Positions 9,309 through 16,873 of a stretch of DNA of 24,214 bases are shown piece after piece (within the stretch, counting starts at the first letter, position 1; each line of letters begins with the position of its first letter). The notes beneath the pieces were generated by a model. The model had not been told where the DNA came from. It worked only from the letters and a program-made list of their open reading frames with translations, and did not search any database. The DNA comes from a virus. Lineage: Duplodnaviria > Caudoviricetes. Both the position numbers and the translations under genes were made by a program. Location: IMG/VR virus record IMGVR_UViG_3300034151_000064, positions 1 to 24,214 of that record; one strand, given 5' to 3'.

Positions 9309-9670
9309 TGCGGATCAATCTCACGGGTGGCGATTGGATCACCGTGAAGCGGCAATTAACGGCGGGAGAGCAACGCCGTGCATTTGCCCGCACCGTAAAA
9401 ACCGTGAAAGCGGGAGCCCCGCTCGAATTAGATTTAGAAAAAGCGGGATTGGCCACGCTCGTGGAGTATTTGATCGATTGGTCTTTCACGGATGAGGCGG
9501 GCAAAGCCGTGGTGATCCGTGATACGCCCGCGGATATCGTGATGGATATTCTCAATAATCTCGATGCCGATAGTTACCAAGAGATCACGGACGCCATTAA
9601 CACCCACGAGAAAAGCGTGGCGGATGAAAAAAAAACGCGGGCTACCGAGAGCGTATCGCAAGTGACTTGA
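9281..9670 (+). CDS. Tail assembly chaperone (lambda gpG-like)
   Basis: Start ATG 9281 with AAAGGA upstream (not 9173); LIDWSFTD..G motif; ends just after a slippery A run. Confidence 0.85.
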   Translation: MSRFLKPEIVRINLTGGDWITVKRQLTAGEQRRAFARTVKTVKAGAPLELDLEKAGLATLVEYLIDWSFTDEAGKAVVIRDTPADIVMDILNNLDADSYQEITDAINTHEKSVADEKKTRATESVSQVT

Positions 9671-9771
9671 ATATTTGCCGCCTCATGCACTGGACATACC
9701 CGGACGTGCTGGATTTACCCGCCGATGTTTACGAGATCTTAGTGGAAGAGCTCATAAAAGAAAGCCATTAG
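9281..9771 (+). CDS. Frameshifted tail assembly chaperone (gpGT-like), -1 shift at A AAA AAA 9628-9634
   Basis: GAA AAA AAA ACG; the -1 frame reads NAGYRERIASDLNICRLMHWTYPDVLDLPADVYEILVEELIKESH and stops at TAG 9769-9771, 3 nt before the tape measure ATG. Confidence 0.85.
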
Positions 9772-9774
9772 GCT

Positions 9775-12042
9775 ATGGCCCTCACCGCGAAATTTGTCTC
9801 CGATTTCACCCGCTTTTATGCCGATGTGCAAAAAGCCACGGTGATGCTCGGGGGCTTTCAGGATGATGCGGATAAAACCGCGGCATCCCTAAACCGTGTC
9901 GCCACGTCACTCTCAGGAAAGACACTCATTACCAATGCCACCAATATGGTGGCCGCGGTGGAAGCCATCGGAGGGGCAAGCAAACTCACCGATGCCGAGC
10001 TCAAAAAAGTGGGGGCCACGGTAGCGGATGCCGTGGTCAAAATGGAAAAGATGGGGATCGCGGTGCCCCAATCCTTCAAAGATATTCAAGCCGCCACCGC
10101 GGGAGCCACCCAAGCCGCGTTTGACTGGAAATCGGCACTCGTGAGTGCCGCGGGGGCACTCGGGATCGCATTCTCCGCCAATGCCCTGAAAAACTTTGTG
10201 ATCGGGGTGATCGATACGGGAGCCAAGATCGGGGATCTCTCCGAAAAATTGGGTATTAGTGCGGAAGCGGTGCAGCGGTTTGACTATGCCGCCGAGCAGA
10301 GCGGGGCGTCCATTGAAACGGTAGACCGTGCCATCAAAGCCATGAATGTAAATCTTTCGGAGGGCAGCAAGAGCACTATAGCCGCCCTCACGGAAGCGGG
10401 CTTGCGTTTTGAAGACATACGCAAAATGTCACCCGAAAAAGCTTTTGTGGCTATCGGGGATGCGGTGGCCAGGATCGAAGATCCCATGCTCCGCGCCAAA
10501 GTGGCCACGGAGCTTTTCGGGAAAGCGGGCCAGGAACTTATACCCACATTTCTATCCGGCATTACCAAGATCGGCAAAGAAACGTCCGTGATGGCAGATG
10601 ACACGGTGCGCCGTTTGAAGGAAGCCCAGGATGCCTGGGGGCGTTTCAAAAATGCGGTGGTGGTCGCGTCAGGGGAATGGATCGCCGCGGTAGAAAAAGA
10701 TGCCCAACGCTGGATCAAAGCGGTGGCCGCTCTCGGGAAACCCCCGCAAGATTTGTGGAAGTTTCTACAAAGTTTCCGTGATCAAAGCGGGGCGATAGCC
10801 CAAAGTGCGTCAGATCTCGGGGCGATGGCCGCGAGTGTCACACCACCCGTGCAGAATTTCGCGGATCGAGCTCTTAAGCCCGTGGCGTTAAACGCGGATC
10901 AAGCGGAAGCCGCCATCGGATGGCTCAATGCCACGCTCACGAAAGTGCCCGAGCCCACCAAACAAGCGGTGGCGGCCACGGAAGCACTCAATCAGTCACT
11001 AGAACGGGTGCGGTATACCCAATTCCAAATGGGCCAATCCGCGGTGGCCGCTACGCAAAACGTGCAGGGCTTTGGGATCCGTATGTCGGAAGTGGTGCAA
11101 ATTAATCGGGATTTCTCGGAGATCCTTACGGCGTCCACGATCCACGCCGATAAATTTGGCCACGTGCTCACCACCAATGTGCTCCCGTCATTACAGGGGA
11201 TTGGCGGGGCCACCTACCAAGCGGGGCTCCGTATCAAAGACACCACCACATGGCAGCAAACCCTTAATAGCCGTATGGATGATGTGACGGGGATCCTTGG
11301 GGGCATTCAAACGGGGTGGGCCCAAATGGCCACCGTGGGCGCAAAAGCCATTCAAGGGATTACTAATGATCTCCTGGCGGGTAATTGGATTGGGGCGATT
11401 ACGAAAGCCACCGCAGCACTCGGGGGCTTTATTGCCAAATTACTCTCGGGCTCGGAAGAGTCAAAAAAAGTCAGCCCTATCCGTGATGAATTTTTCAAAT
11501 TACAGGGCGGGCTCGAAACCCTTAATCCGAAAGTGCAAGCCCTCACCGGAAATCTCACCGCGGTGCAAGCGGTGTTTGATGCCAAGACCGTGCAGCAATA
11601 TGACGCGGCCATCGCCAATCTCAATCGGATCCTGGCTATGGAGCAAACGGCTCTCGATAATGCCACGGATTCCGCGGAAGAGTATTCCGCTGCATTGCGA
11701 AAAATCCCAAGCAAGATCCCTATTGATATTCGCTACACCGAAAGCGGAGCGATCCCGAGTGGTGGGAAAGCGGTGCCAGGATACGCCACGGGCACCAATG
11801 GCTTTGTGGATTTCGGGGCGGGCACCCTGGCCATGCTGCATGGCAAAGAAATGGTGGTGCCAGAAAGTGCGGTGCAATCCGCGGGCGGGGGCGGGCTCCC
11901 AAGCGGTGCCCCGATCACCATTGTGATTAATGCCCAAGGATCGTTTTACGATACGCCAGGGGATCTCCAACGGTTAGCCGATAAAATTAACGCGGCCCTC
12001 ACCGCCAAACACGGGCTGACAAATAGGGTCCGTGCCGCCTAA
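9775..12042 (+). CDS. Tail tape measure protein
   Basis: 755 aa, Ala-rich and helical; DLSEKLGISAEAVQ..DYAAEQSG, ELFGKAGQELIP and C-terminal GYATG...LAMLHGKEMVVP motifs; follows the chaperone. Confidence 0.93.
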   Translation: MALTAKFVSDFTRFYADVQKATVMLGGFQDDADKTAASLNRVATSLSGKTLITNATNMVAAVEAIGGASKLTDAELKKVGATVADAVVKMEKMGIAVPQSFKDIQAATAGATQAAFDWKSALVSAAGALGIAFSANALKNFVIGVIDTGAKIGDLSEKLGISAEAVQRFDYAAEQSGASIETVDRAIKAMNVNLSEGSKSTIAALTEAGLRFEDIRKMSPEKAFVAIGDAVARIEDPMLRAKVATELFGKAGQELIPTFLSGITKIGKETSVMADDTVRRLKEAQDAWGRFKNAVVVASGEWIAAVEKDAQRWIKAVAALGKPPQDLWKFLQSFRDQSGAIAQSASDLGAMAASVTPPVQNFADRALKPVALNADQAEAAIGWLNATLTKVPEPTKQAVAATEALNQSLERVRYTQFQMGQSAVAATQNVQGFGIRMSEVVQINRDFSEILTASTIHADKFGHVLTTNVLPSLQGIGGATYQAGLRIKDTTTWQQTLNSRMDDVTGILGGIQTGWAQMATVGAKAIQGITNDLLAGNWIGAITKATAALGGFIAKLLSGSEESKKVSPIRDEFFKLQGGLETLNPKVQALTGNLTAVQAVFDAKTVQQYDAAIANLNRILAMEQTALDNATDSAEEYSAALRKIPSKIPIDIRYTESGAIPSGGKAVPGYATGTNGFVDFGAGTLAMLHGKEMVVPESAVQSAGGGGLPSGAPITIVINAQGSFYDTPGDLQRLADKINAALTAKHGLTNRVRAA

Positions 12043-13748
12043 TGGCCTTAAGCGGATCGCAGTTAGCGTATTTATACGCCCGCTCCAAGGTGGCCCGCTC
12101 GGGAGCCACCCGTAGTAATTACGTTCAAGCCCGCCCCACTATTGCGTGGATCATCCGTGATGATGCGGGCAATATCATTTCCACCACGGATATTTCAGAT
12201 CTCGTGTTACTCGGATCCGCGCATATTGTCCAAGCGTTAAATGATGAGCCTGACACATGCAGTTTTGATATAGGCCCGCAACCCGCGGCCACCCCATTAC
12301 CCGCGGTGGGGGATGAGATTAGTATCGCGTGGACGACGGGCCCGCCCTCATCTGGCGTCACACTGTTTTATGGGTATGTCGTTACCATCCAAAAGGATTG
12401 GCGGCTCGGGGCGGTCCAACCGCCCTGGCTCTCGATCCAGTGTCAGGATTCCATGTGGCGGTTTGATGCCCGATTAGTGACGTATAGATTTCCCACCCAA
12501 TCCGCCACGGCATCTATCGAGTTTATCGTGCAGTGGTTTTGTAATAACCGAAACCCGCACCCACTAAATTTCAATACAAATGATGTGGCCCCAGGTATGC
12601 CGAGTGTGCCCACATTTGAAGTGATTAATCAGCGGCCATCCACCGTGTTACGCACACTCACCGCGGCGGTGGCGGGTGGGTTTTATATTGAGGGCTTAAA
12701 CGTCCACGCTTGGGCCAATAGTGTGAGCGAACCTAATCAGACTAATCCGATCCCGCTCACCGTGGGCACGGCATCATTAAAAGCGGTTCGGCTCCATACG
12801 GATATTACCCAAATGCGGAAGCGGGTATTTGTGGAAGGGAAACGCACATCTACACTAACGTCCATTCCCGATGGTGGCTACAATCTCGGGGTGCCCGTGG
12901 AGGATGCGTCAATATTTGCTACACATCCATACGATCCCAATTACGCATTGGCGCGGATGGGCAATCAATGGATGTATTGCGATACGCCCGTGACCGTCAC
13001 CGCAAATGGAGCCCAACCGCCGCAAGCAAAAGTGGCGGTGGCGTTTTTGGTGGGCCCATCCGTGGATCGTTTATTTCTAGCCAAAATGGCCACGGTGCCG
13101 CCGCCCCTAGGGTGGATTCGAGTGGGAAATCAATACGCCCGTTATGATGCGGTGAATGGTAATCCGCTCACGGGGCAATTTTGGCTCCAAGTGTGGCCAT
13201 CCACCGCCACGCACGGAAAATTCACTGAAGATATTCCCATAGGGGAAACCGTGGAATGGGTGGATTGTATTTCACGGCTCACACCACATGGGCACGTATG
13301 GGCGGGCACACCGTATGGACAATCACAAACCGGTAGTGATCCACTCCACGGGCACCCATCACAAACGCCGATTGTAATCCTGTCGTATCACCCAATTGAT
13401 GGCGTCTCGCCACCCGCCAGTAAGTGGCCACCCTTAGAGGGCTTTGTGCAAGATGGCCGCTATAGTTACACGGGAGCCCAAGCCCGAGCGGTGCAGGATA
13501 TAGCGACATTCCAAGATCCATTGGAAACCGTGGAATGGATCACGGAGGATGTGAATGCACTCCCAGGGCGATCCCAGGTGATCGCGTTATCGGGCCCAAC
13601 GATCACCCCACCGATTAATAAGACGGTCACGATCTTACGTGTGGAGATTACATTTCCGCTCCGCACGATTCCACCGCGGCGGGTCTGCACGGGTGGGGTG
13701 GTGAAGCCGAGCTCATATCTTGATCTCGTGGTGACAGCGGATAATTAA
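12042..13748 (+). CDS. Tail tip / hub protein
   Basis: TAATG-coupled to the tape measure gene; 568 aa; NDEPDTCSF and LFYGYV...IQCQD patterns resemble tail hub proteins. Confidence 0.65.
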   Translation: MALSGSQLAYLYARSKVARSGATRSNYVQARPTIAWIIRDDAGNIISTTDISDLVLLGSAHIVQALNDEPDTCSFDIGPQPAATPLPAVGDEISIAWTTGPPSSGVTLFYGYVVTIQKDWRLGAVQPPWLSIQCQDSMWRFDARLVTYRFPTQSATASIEFIVQWFCNNRNPHPLNFNTNDVAPGMPSVPTFEVINQRPSTVLRTLTAAVAGGFYIEGLNVHAWANSVSEPNQTNPIPLTVGTASLKAVRLHTDITQMRKRVFVEGKRTSTLTSIPDGGYNLGVPVEDASIFATHPYDPNYALARMGNQWMYCDTPVTVTANGAQPPQAKVAVAFLVGPSVDRLFLAKMATVPPPLGWIRVGNQYARYDAVNGNPLTGQFWLQVWPSTATHGKFTEDIPIGETVEWVDCISRLTPHGHVWAGTPYGQSQTGSDPLHGHPSQTPIVILSYHPIDGVSPPASKWPPLEGFVQDGRYSYTGAQARAVQDIATFQDPLETVEWITEDVNALPGRSQVIALSGPTITPPINKTVTILRVEITFPLRTIPPRRVCTGGVVKPSSYLDLVVTADN

Positions 13749-13759
13749 GCGGGGGATAT

Positions 13760-14605
13760 ATGGCCATCACACGGAGCGTGTGGATCGATGATGACGGGAG
13801 CGGCACCACTGGCACGATCTTGAATAATTCCGAGCTCCAAAAGATTTACAACAATATCGACGCATTATTTGCGGCATCGGCGGGTGGTGCGCTCGCAATG
13901 CTCGATAACGCGGATGTTGGGACGGTGCATAATTGGGCCCCTGCGGGTTTCACAGCTAAGAATACCTTCATCCGGTGGACTGGCACATCGGATCTCAATT
14001 TAACTGGATTCGCGGGTGGCGTCGTGGGGCAAACGGTCACAATTGCGAATTATCACGCTACCGCTCTAATTACATGTGCCCATATATCGCCATCATCGGC
14101 GGTGGGTAATAAATTTAGCAATGTTGCGGCAAGTGCGCCAACGCCAATCGCGGCCCGCGGGTGGGTGACGTTTTGCTATGGGAATATTGGCGGGCAAAAC
14201 GGTTGGAATATGATCGCCCACGAGCAAGGTGCGTGGATTTCACCACCCTTTGTGGCGTCCGACTATTTCGGCGGCGCGAGTATGACATGGACGGTTACGG
14301 CTGGACAGGTGACGACCGCAATGTATCGGCTATCAGGCCGCACGCTCTTTTGGGCGTTAGATGTTCGGAATACCACATTAGGCGGAACACCCACGGTTAA
14401 CATAATTCGCAAACATTTCGGCGGCTTTACACTGTCCAGCGCGATCATGTGGGCCACGTGCGGTTTTGGTGGTGCTAATACGGGGATCGGGATCGGCACG
14501 GGCGCGGGGTTAGGCACGGCGTTTTATCGTGATGGGACATTTGCATTGAACTTCACCCTAGGATCCCAGAACGTGCTCGGCACGGGTTTCTACGAAATCT
14601 CCTAA
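13760..14605 (+). CDS. Putative tail fibre / receptor-binding protein
   Basis: Last structural gene; Gly/Thr/Ala-rich beta content; YRLSGRTLFW...GTGFYEI C-terminal pattern typical of RBP head domains. Confidence 0.65.
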   Translation: MAITRSVWIDDDGSGTTGTILNNSELQKIYNNIDALFAASAGGALAMLDNADVGTVHNWAPAGFTAKNTFIRWTGTSDLNLTGFAGGVVGQTVTIANYHATALITCAHISPSSAVGNKFSNVAASAPTPIAARGWVTFCYGNIGGQNGWNMIAHEQGAWISPPFVASDYFGGASMTWTVTAGQVTTAMYRLSGRTLFWALDVRNTTLGGTPTVNIIRKHFGGFTLSSAIMWATCGFGGANTGIGIGTGAGLGTAFYRDGTFALNFTLGSQNVLGTGFYEIS

Positions 14606-14614
14606 GGGGGCCTA

Positions 14615-14785
14615 ATGCTTGAAGTGTTATTTGCGATAGCCATTGTGGGGGCGGTGCTCTATCTGATCGAAAGTCTCACGCCGATGGCCGCACCGATAAA
14701 GATCGTGGTGCGGCTCGTGGCGATCCTGATCATTGCGGTGCTCTTGCTCCGCTTGCTCCGTGTGGTGGGTATTGCGATCCCGTGA
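14615..14785 (+). CDS. 56-aa two-TM membrane protein (Thivi_2564-like; holin candidate)
   Basis: Not in the ORF track. AAGGGGG RBS; MLEVLFAIAIVGAVLYLIESLTPMAAPIKIVVRLVAILIIAVLLLRLLRVVGIAIP; two hydrophobic helices joined by PM..PIK. Confidence 0.75.
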   Translation: MLEVLFAIAIVGAVLYLIESLTPMAAPIKIVVRLVAILIIAVLLLRLLRVVGIAIP

Positions 14786-14994
14786 CACCCGCCCCGCTCG
14801 GGCCCAGGGCGGATGTGCTTCTCGCGGTGATCGTGGAAGGGATCGCCCACGGCGGGATCCCGCTCAATAGCATGGAGGATGTAGCCGCCCTGTATGCGTG
14901 GCTTACCGTGATCGTGCCCACCCTGGCCCCGCCACCCGCGGCCCACGAGTTCCCGCCGCCCGCTCGACGCTACCCTAAAATTACGCAAGATTAA
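14782..14994 (+). CDS. Hypothetical protein
   Basis: GTGA overlap with the preceding stop; 70 aa; ends just before the att region. Confidence 0.5.
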   Translation: MTPAPLGPRADVLLAVIVEGIAHGGIPLNSMEDVAALYAWLTVIVPTLAPPPAAHEFPPPARRYPKITQD

Positions 14995-15009
14995 GCCCAA
15001 TACCCCTTC

Positions 15010-15252
15010 CGTGCGTGACACTCGTGCGTGACAAATAGGTTAAAGCCCATAAACGCTATGGCTTACGGATGTGGCTATCGGCCTTCTAAGCCCAAACCCT
15101 CACCCCATAAAACTTCCACTAAGTCACTGAAAACACGCCACTTACGGCTCACGGGCTCGAGCCAGTGTCACGCACACCCCTAAACAAGATTATGCAAATT
15201 TACTAACAATTACGCACGGCGGGATCACCGTGCGTGACACCGTGCGTGACAC
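15010..15252. other. attP: Putative attP site (arm-type repeats flanking a tRNA-derived core)
   Basis: Intergenic and lower in GC. GTGCGTGACA-containing repeats at 15010-15021, 15023-15034, 15229-15240, 15241-15252 (direct) and 15165-15175 (inverted); core ATCGGCCTTCTAAGCC at 15077-15092. Confidence 0.8.
15077..15092 (+). other. att core resembling a tRNA-Arg(UCU) anticodon stem-loop
   Basis: GGC-CTTCTAA-GCC: 7-nt loop CT-TCT-AA with dyad flanks, the layout used by tyrosine integrases that cross over in tRNA anticodon loops. Confidence 0.7.
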
Positions 15253-15254
15253 TA

Positions 15255-15284
15255 TGGACAAAGCTAAGCCGCTTGGGTTATACT
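15255..15284 (+). promoter_or_regulatory. Sigma70-type promoter with an operator-like dyad in the spacer
   Basis: TGGACA (15255-15260)-N18-TATACT (15279-15284); the spacer holds CTAAGC-C-GCTTGG; 8-bp hairpin 15289-15310 and AGGAG RBS follow. Confidence 0.65.
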
Positions 15285-15327
15285 CCGTGAGTGGGCAATA
15301 CCGCCCACTCTGATAGGAGCGGCAAAC

Positions 15328-15708
15328 GTGAAGCGGAAATCGGTAGTAGCGGAATACATGGCGGAAGTGGGGCGGCGGGGTGGGCGGGTGAGCTCGAAAG
15401 CCAAAGCCGCGGCGGCTCGGGCCAACGGTGCTAAGGGTGGACGCCCACGCAAGCCCGTGGTGGAGATCAAGATCCCCAATGGGTGGTTTCTCGTGGATCA
15501 CCGAGAGCGGGCACTACCCACCCCCGCGGTGCTCCGTGAGAATAAAAAACACGCATGGATCGCGGGGAACGATCCCGCCCTGGGTGAGCTCGTGGACGAT
15601 GCCCGCCATTACGCCCACGCCAACGGGCCCGATCAATGCCCCACTGGCTTGATTACATCCGCTCGGGCTCTCTTGCGGGCCCTAGCGGCGGCGGGGGTGG
15701 CGATATGA
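15328..15708 (+). CDS. Basic protein with an N-terminal GRRGG...AKAAAARANGAKGGRPRK putative DNA-binding motif
   Basis: AGGAG RBS before GTG; the motif is recurrent in small phage proteins and ends in an AT-hook-like GRPRK. Confidence 0.7.
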   Translation: MKRKSVVAEYMAEVGRRGGRVSSKAKAAAARANGAKGGRPRKPVVEIKIPNGWFLVDHRERALPTPAVLRENKKHAWIAGNDPALGELVDDARHYAHANGPDQCPTGLITSARALLRALAAAGVAI

Positions 15709-15848
15709 AGCTCACCCCGCGGGTATGCCGCTTTTGCGGGAAGCCCAAAGCCACGATCCCATTTCGCCAGGATGGTGGGGCTTTCTATGCTCACTTGTCG
15801 TGCTTCCGTAAATGGCGGGCCACCGCGGCGAAAGCGGGGGCCAAATGA
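15705..15848 (+). CDS. 47-aa putative zinc-finger protein (CxxC...HxxC)
   Basis: ATGA overlap gives start 15705; MKLTPRVCRFCGK...HLSCFRKW. Confidence 0.6.
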   Translation: MKLTPRVCRFCGKPKATIPFRQDGGAFYAHLSCFRKWRATAAKAGAK

Positions 15849-16231
15849 CGCGGGCGGAAGCGGATAAAAAGCTTAAACGGATTTTTGGCACCGCGGCGGC
15901 TTATCGGGTGGATCGTGGGGCTCGGGATCAGGATGAGCGGGAAGCGGCCCACGTGGAGCACATGAGCGTAAAAGCGGAATGGGAAGCCGCCAATAAAGCC
16001 CTAAGTGAGCGGGCGGCGGCTCTGGCGGCGGCGGATGTGGAATATCAGCGATTGAAAACCAAACGGGATGAGCTCCGAGCGGTGAAGGATCGATTATTCG
16101 GGGTGGTGCTCCACTACCGATTCACCGCGGGATATATGGCCCACGGATTCTTTCACGTGGAAGCCCAAGCGGATACCTGGGAGCAAGTCTTTGAAAAACT
16201 GAAAGAGAAATACCCCAACGGGAAGCGGTGA
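15845..16231 (+). CDS. Hypothetical coiled-coil protein
   Basis: ATGA overlap gives start 15845; 128 aa with a central Ala/Glu/Lys helix. Confidence 0.7.
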   Translation: MTRAEADKKLKRIFGTAAAYRVDRGARDQDEREAAHVEHMSVKAEWEAANKALSERAAALAAADVEYQRLKTKRDELRAVKDRLFGVVLHYRFTAGYMAHGFFHVEAQADTWEQVFEKLKEKYPNGKR

Positions 16232-16255
16232 GCTCGTGGCGGCGGTGGAAACGTC

Positions 16256-16290
16256 AAAGGGCCAGGGATTACAACCCCTGGCCTTTTTTC
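16256..16290. terminator. Intrinsic terminator, probably bidirectional
   Basis: Stem GGCCAGGG (16260-16267) / CCCTGGCC (16276-16283) with T6 on + and a short T tract on -; located where + and - operons converge. Confidence 0.8.
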
Positions 16291-16592
16291 TTTGCCGCTT
16301 CCAATTGATCAAAGCGGCGGATCCTTTTTTTCCGCTCAGGCGGGAGATTGCGGAACCACTCCCGCATTTCGCGGGCCCGCTCGTGCTTCCGCTCCCGCTC
16401 CGCCCGCTTAAGATTTCGCGTCCACATGGCCCACTTGGCGTGAAACTTTTTGATGTATGCCGCGGAGTGCTGATAACGGCGTGGCTCGGTTTTCAGCGGG
16501 AGATTGATTTCTAAATCCCTGGCACACCGTAAGAGCGTGGCACGAGTGGACGGGGCCCGAGCTCGGGAAGCCGCCGCCCGCCAAACGTCCAC
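16269..16592 (-). CDS. Basic hypothetical protein
   Basis: Arg/Lys-rich; I place the start at GTG 16592 (GGGGG upstream) because the longer 16706 start runs through the tRNA. Confidence 0.5.
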   Translation of the reverse strand: MDVWRAAASRARAPSTRATLLRCARDLEINLPLKTEPRRYQHSAAYIKKFHAKWAMWTRNLKRAERERKHERAREMREWFRNLPPERKKRIRRFDQLEAAKKKGQGL

Positions 16593-16612
16593 GAGCCCCC
16601 ACAAATGAGCAA

Positions 16613-16688
16613 TGGTGATCGGGGCGGGATTTGAACCCGCGGCCCCCGCGTTAGAAGCGCGGTGCTCTATCCCCTGAGCTACCCGATC
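16613..16688 (-). tRNA. tRNA-Arg, anticodon UCU
   Basis: 76-nt cloverleaf GATCGGG TA GCTC AGGGGATA GAGC A CCGCG CTTCTAA CGCGG GGGCC GCGGG TTCAAAT CCCGC CCCGATC A CCA; all four stems pair perfectly, CCA is encoded, and the Arg identity base A20 is present. Confidence 0.96.
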
Positions 16689-16873
16689 AAGTCGATTTTT
16701 CGCCACCGATACATACCAGACACAAACTCCATAGGCATGGGATCAAACGATCCCGCCCGCACCGCTTTGAGAATTTCCCGCTCTTCCATACGGAGGATAG
16801 CCGCCACTTCCGGCAAGATGAGCACCACGGGCCACGTGGTGGGATCGCGTGGATCAAACTCAGGATTATTCAT
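16679..16873 (-). CDS. Excisionase/Cox-like winged-HTH protein
   Basis: PVVLILPEVAAILRMEEREILKAVRAGSF.P....YRW.K.DL fits the HTH_17/MerR-like Xis pattern. Confidence 0.7.
   Translation of the reverse strand: MNNPEFDPRDPTTWPVVLILPEVAAILRMEEREILKAVRAGSFDPMPMEFVSGMYRWRKIDLIG

Noticed and set aside
3167-12000. Numerous - strand ORFs across the structural module
   Set aside because: All lie opposite well-supported virion genes and lack RBSs or recognisable motifs.
12042-14605. Diversity-generating retroelement or invertible tail-fibre cassette
   Set aside because: No reverse transcriptase or invertase, and no duplicated template/variable repeat or inverted fibre segments seen.
15040-15120. Second tRNA gene around the CTTCTAA loop
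   Set aside because: Only the anticodon arm is present; there is no T-loop, paired acceptor stem or CCA.
15010-15252. Repeats as a mini CRISPR array
   Set aside because: Units are only 11-12 bp, irregularly spaced, partly inverted and tandem without spacers; no cas genes. The arm-type att interpretation fits better.
16593-16706. N-terminal extension of ORF 16269-16706 through the tRNA
   Set aside because: No RBS at 16706; the open frame through a GC-rich 76-nt tRNA is plausibly chance; a GTG with a purine-rich leader exists at 16592.
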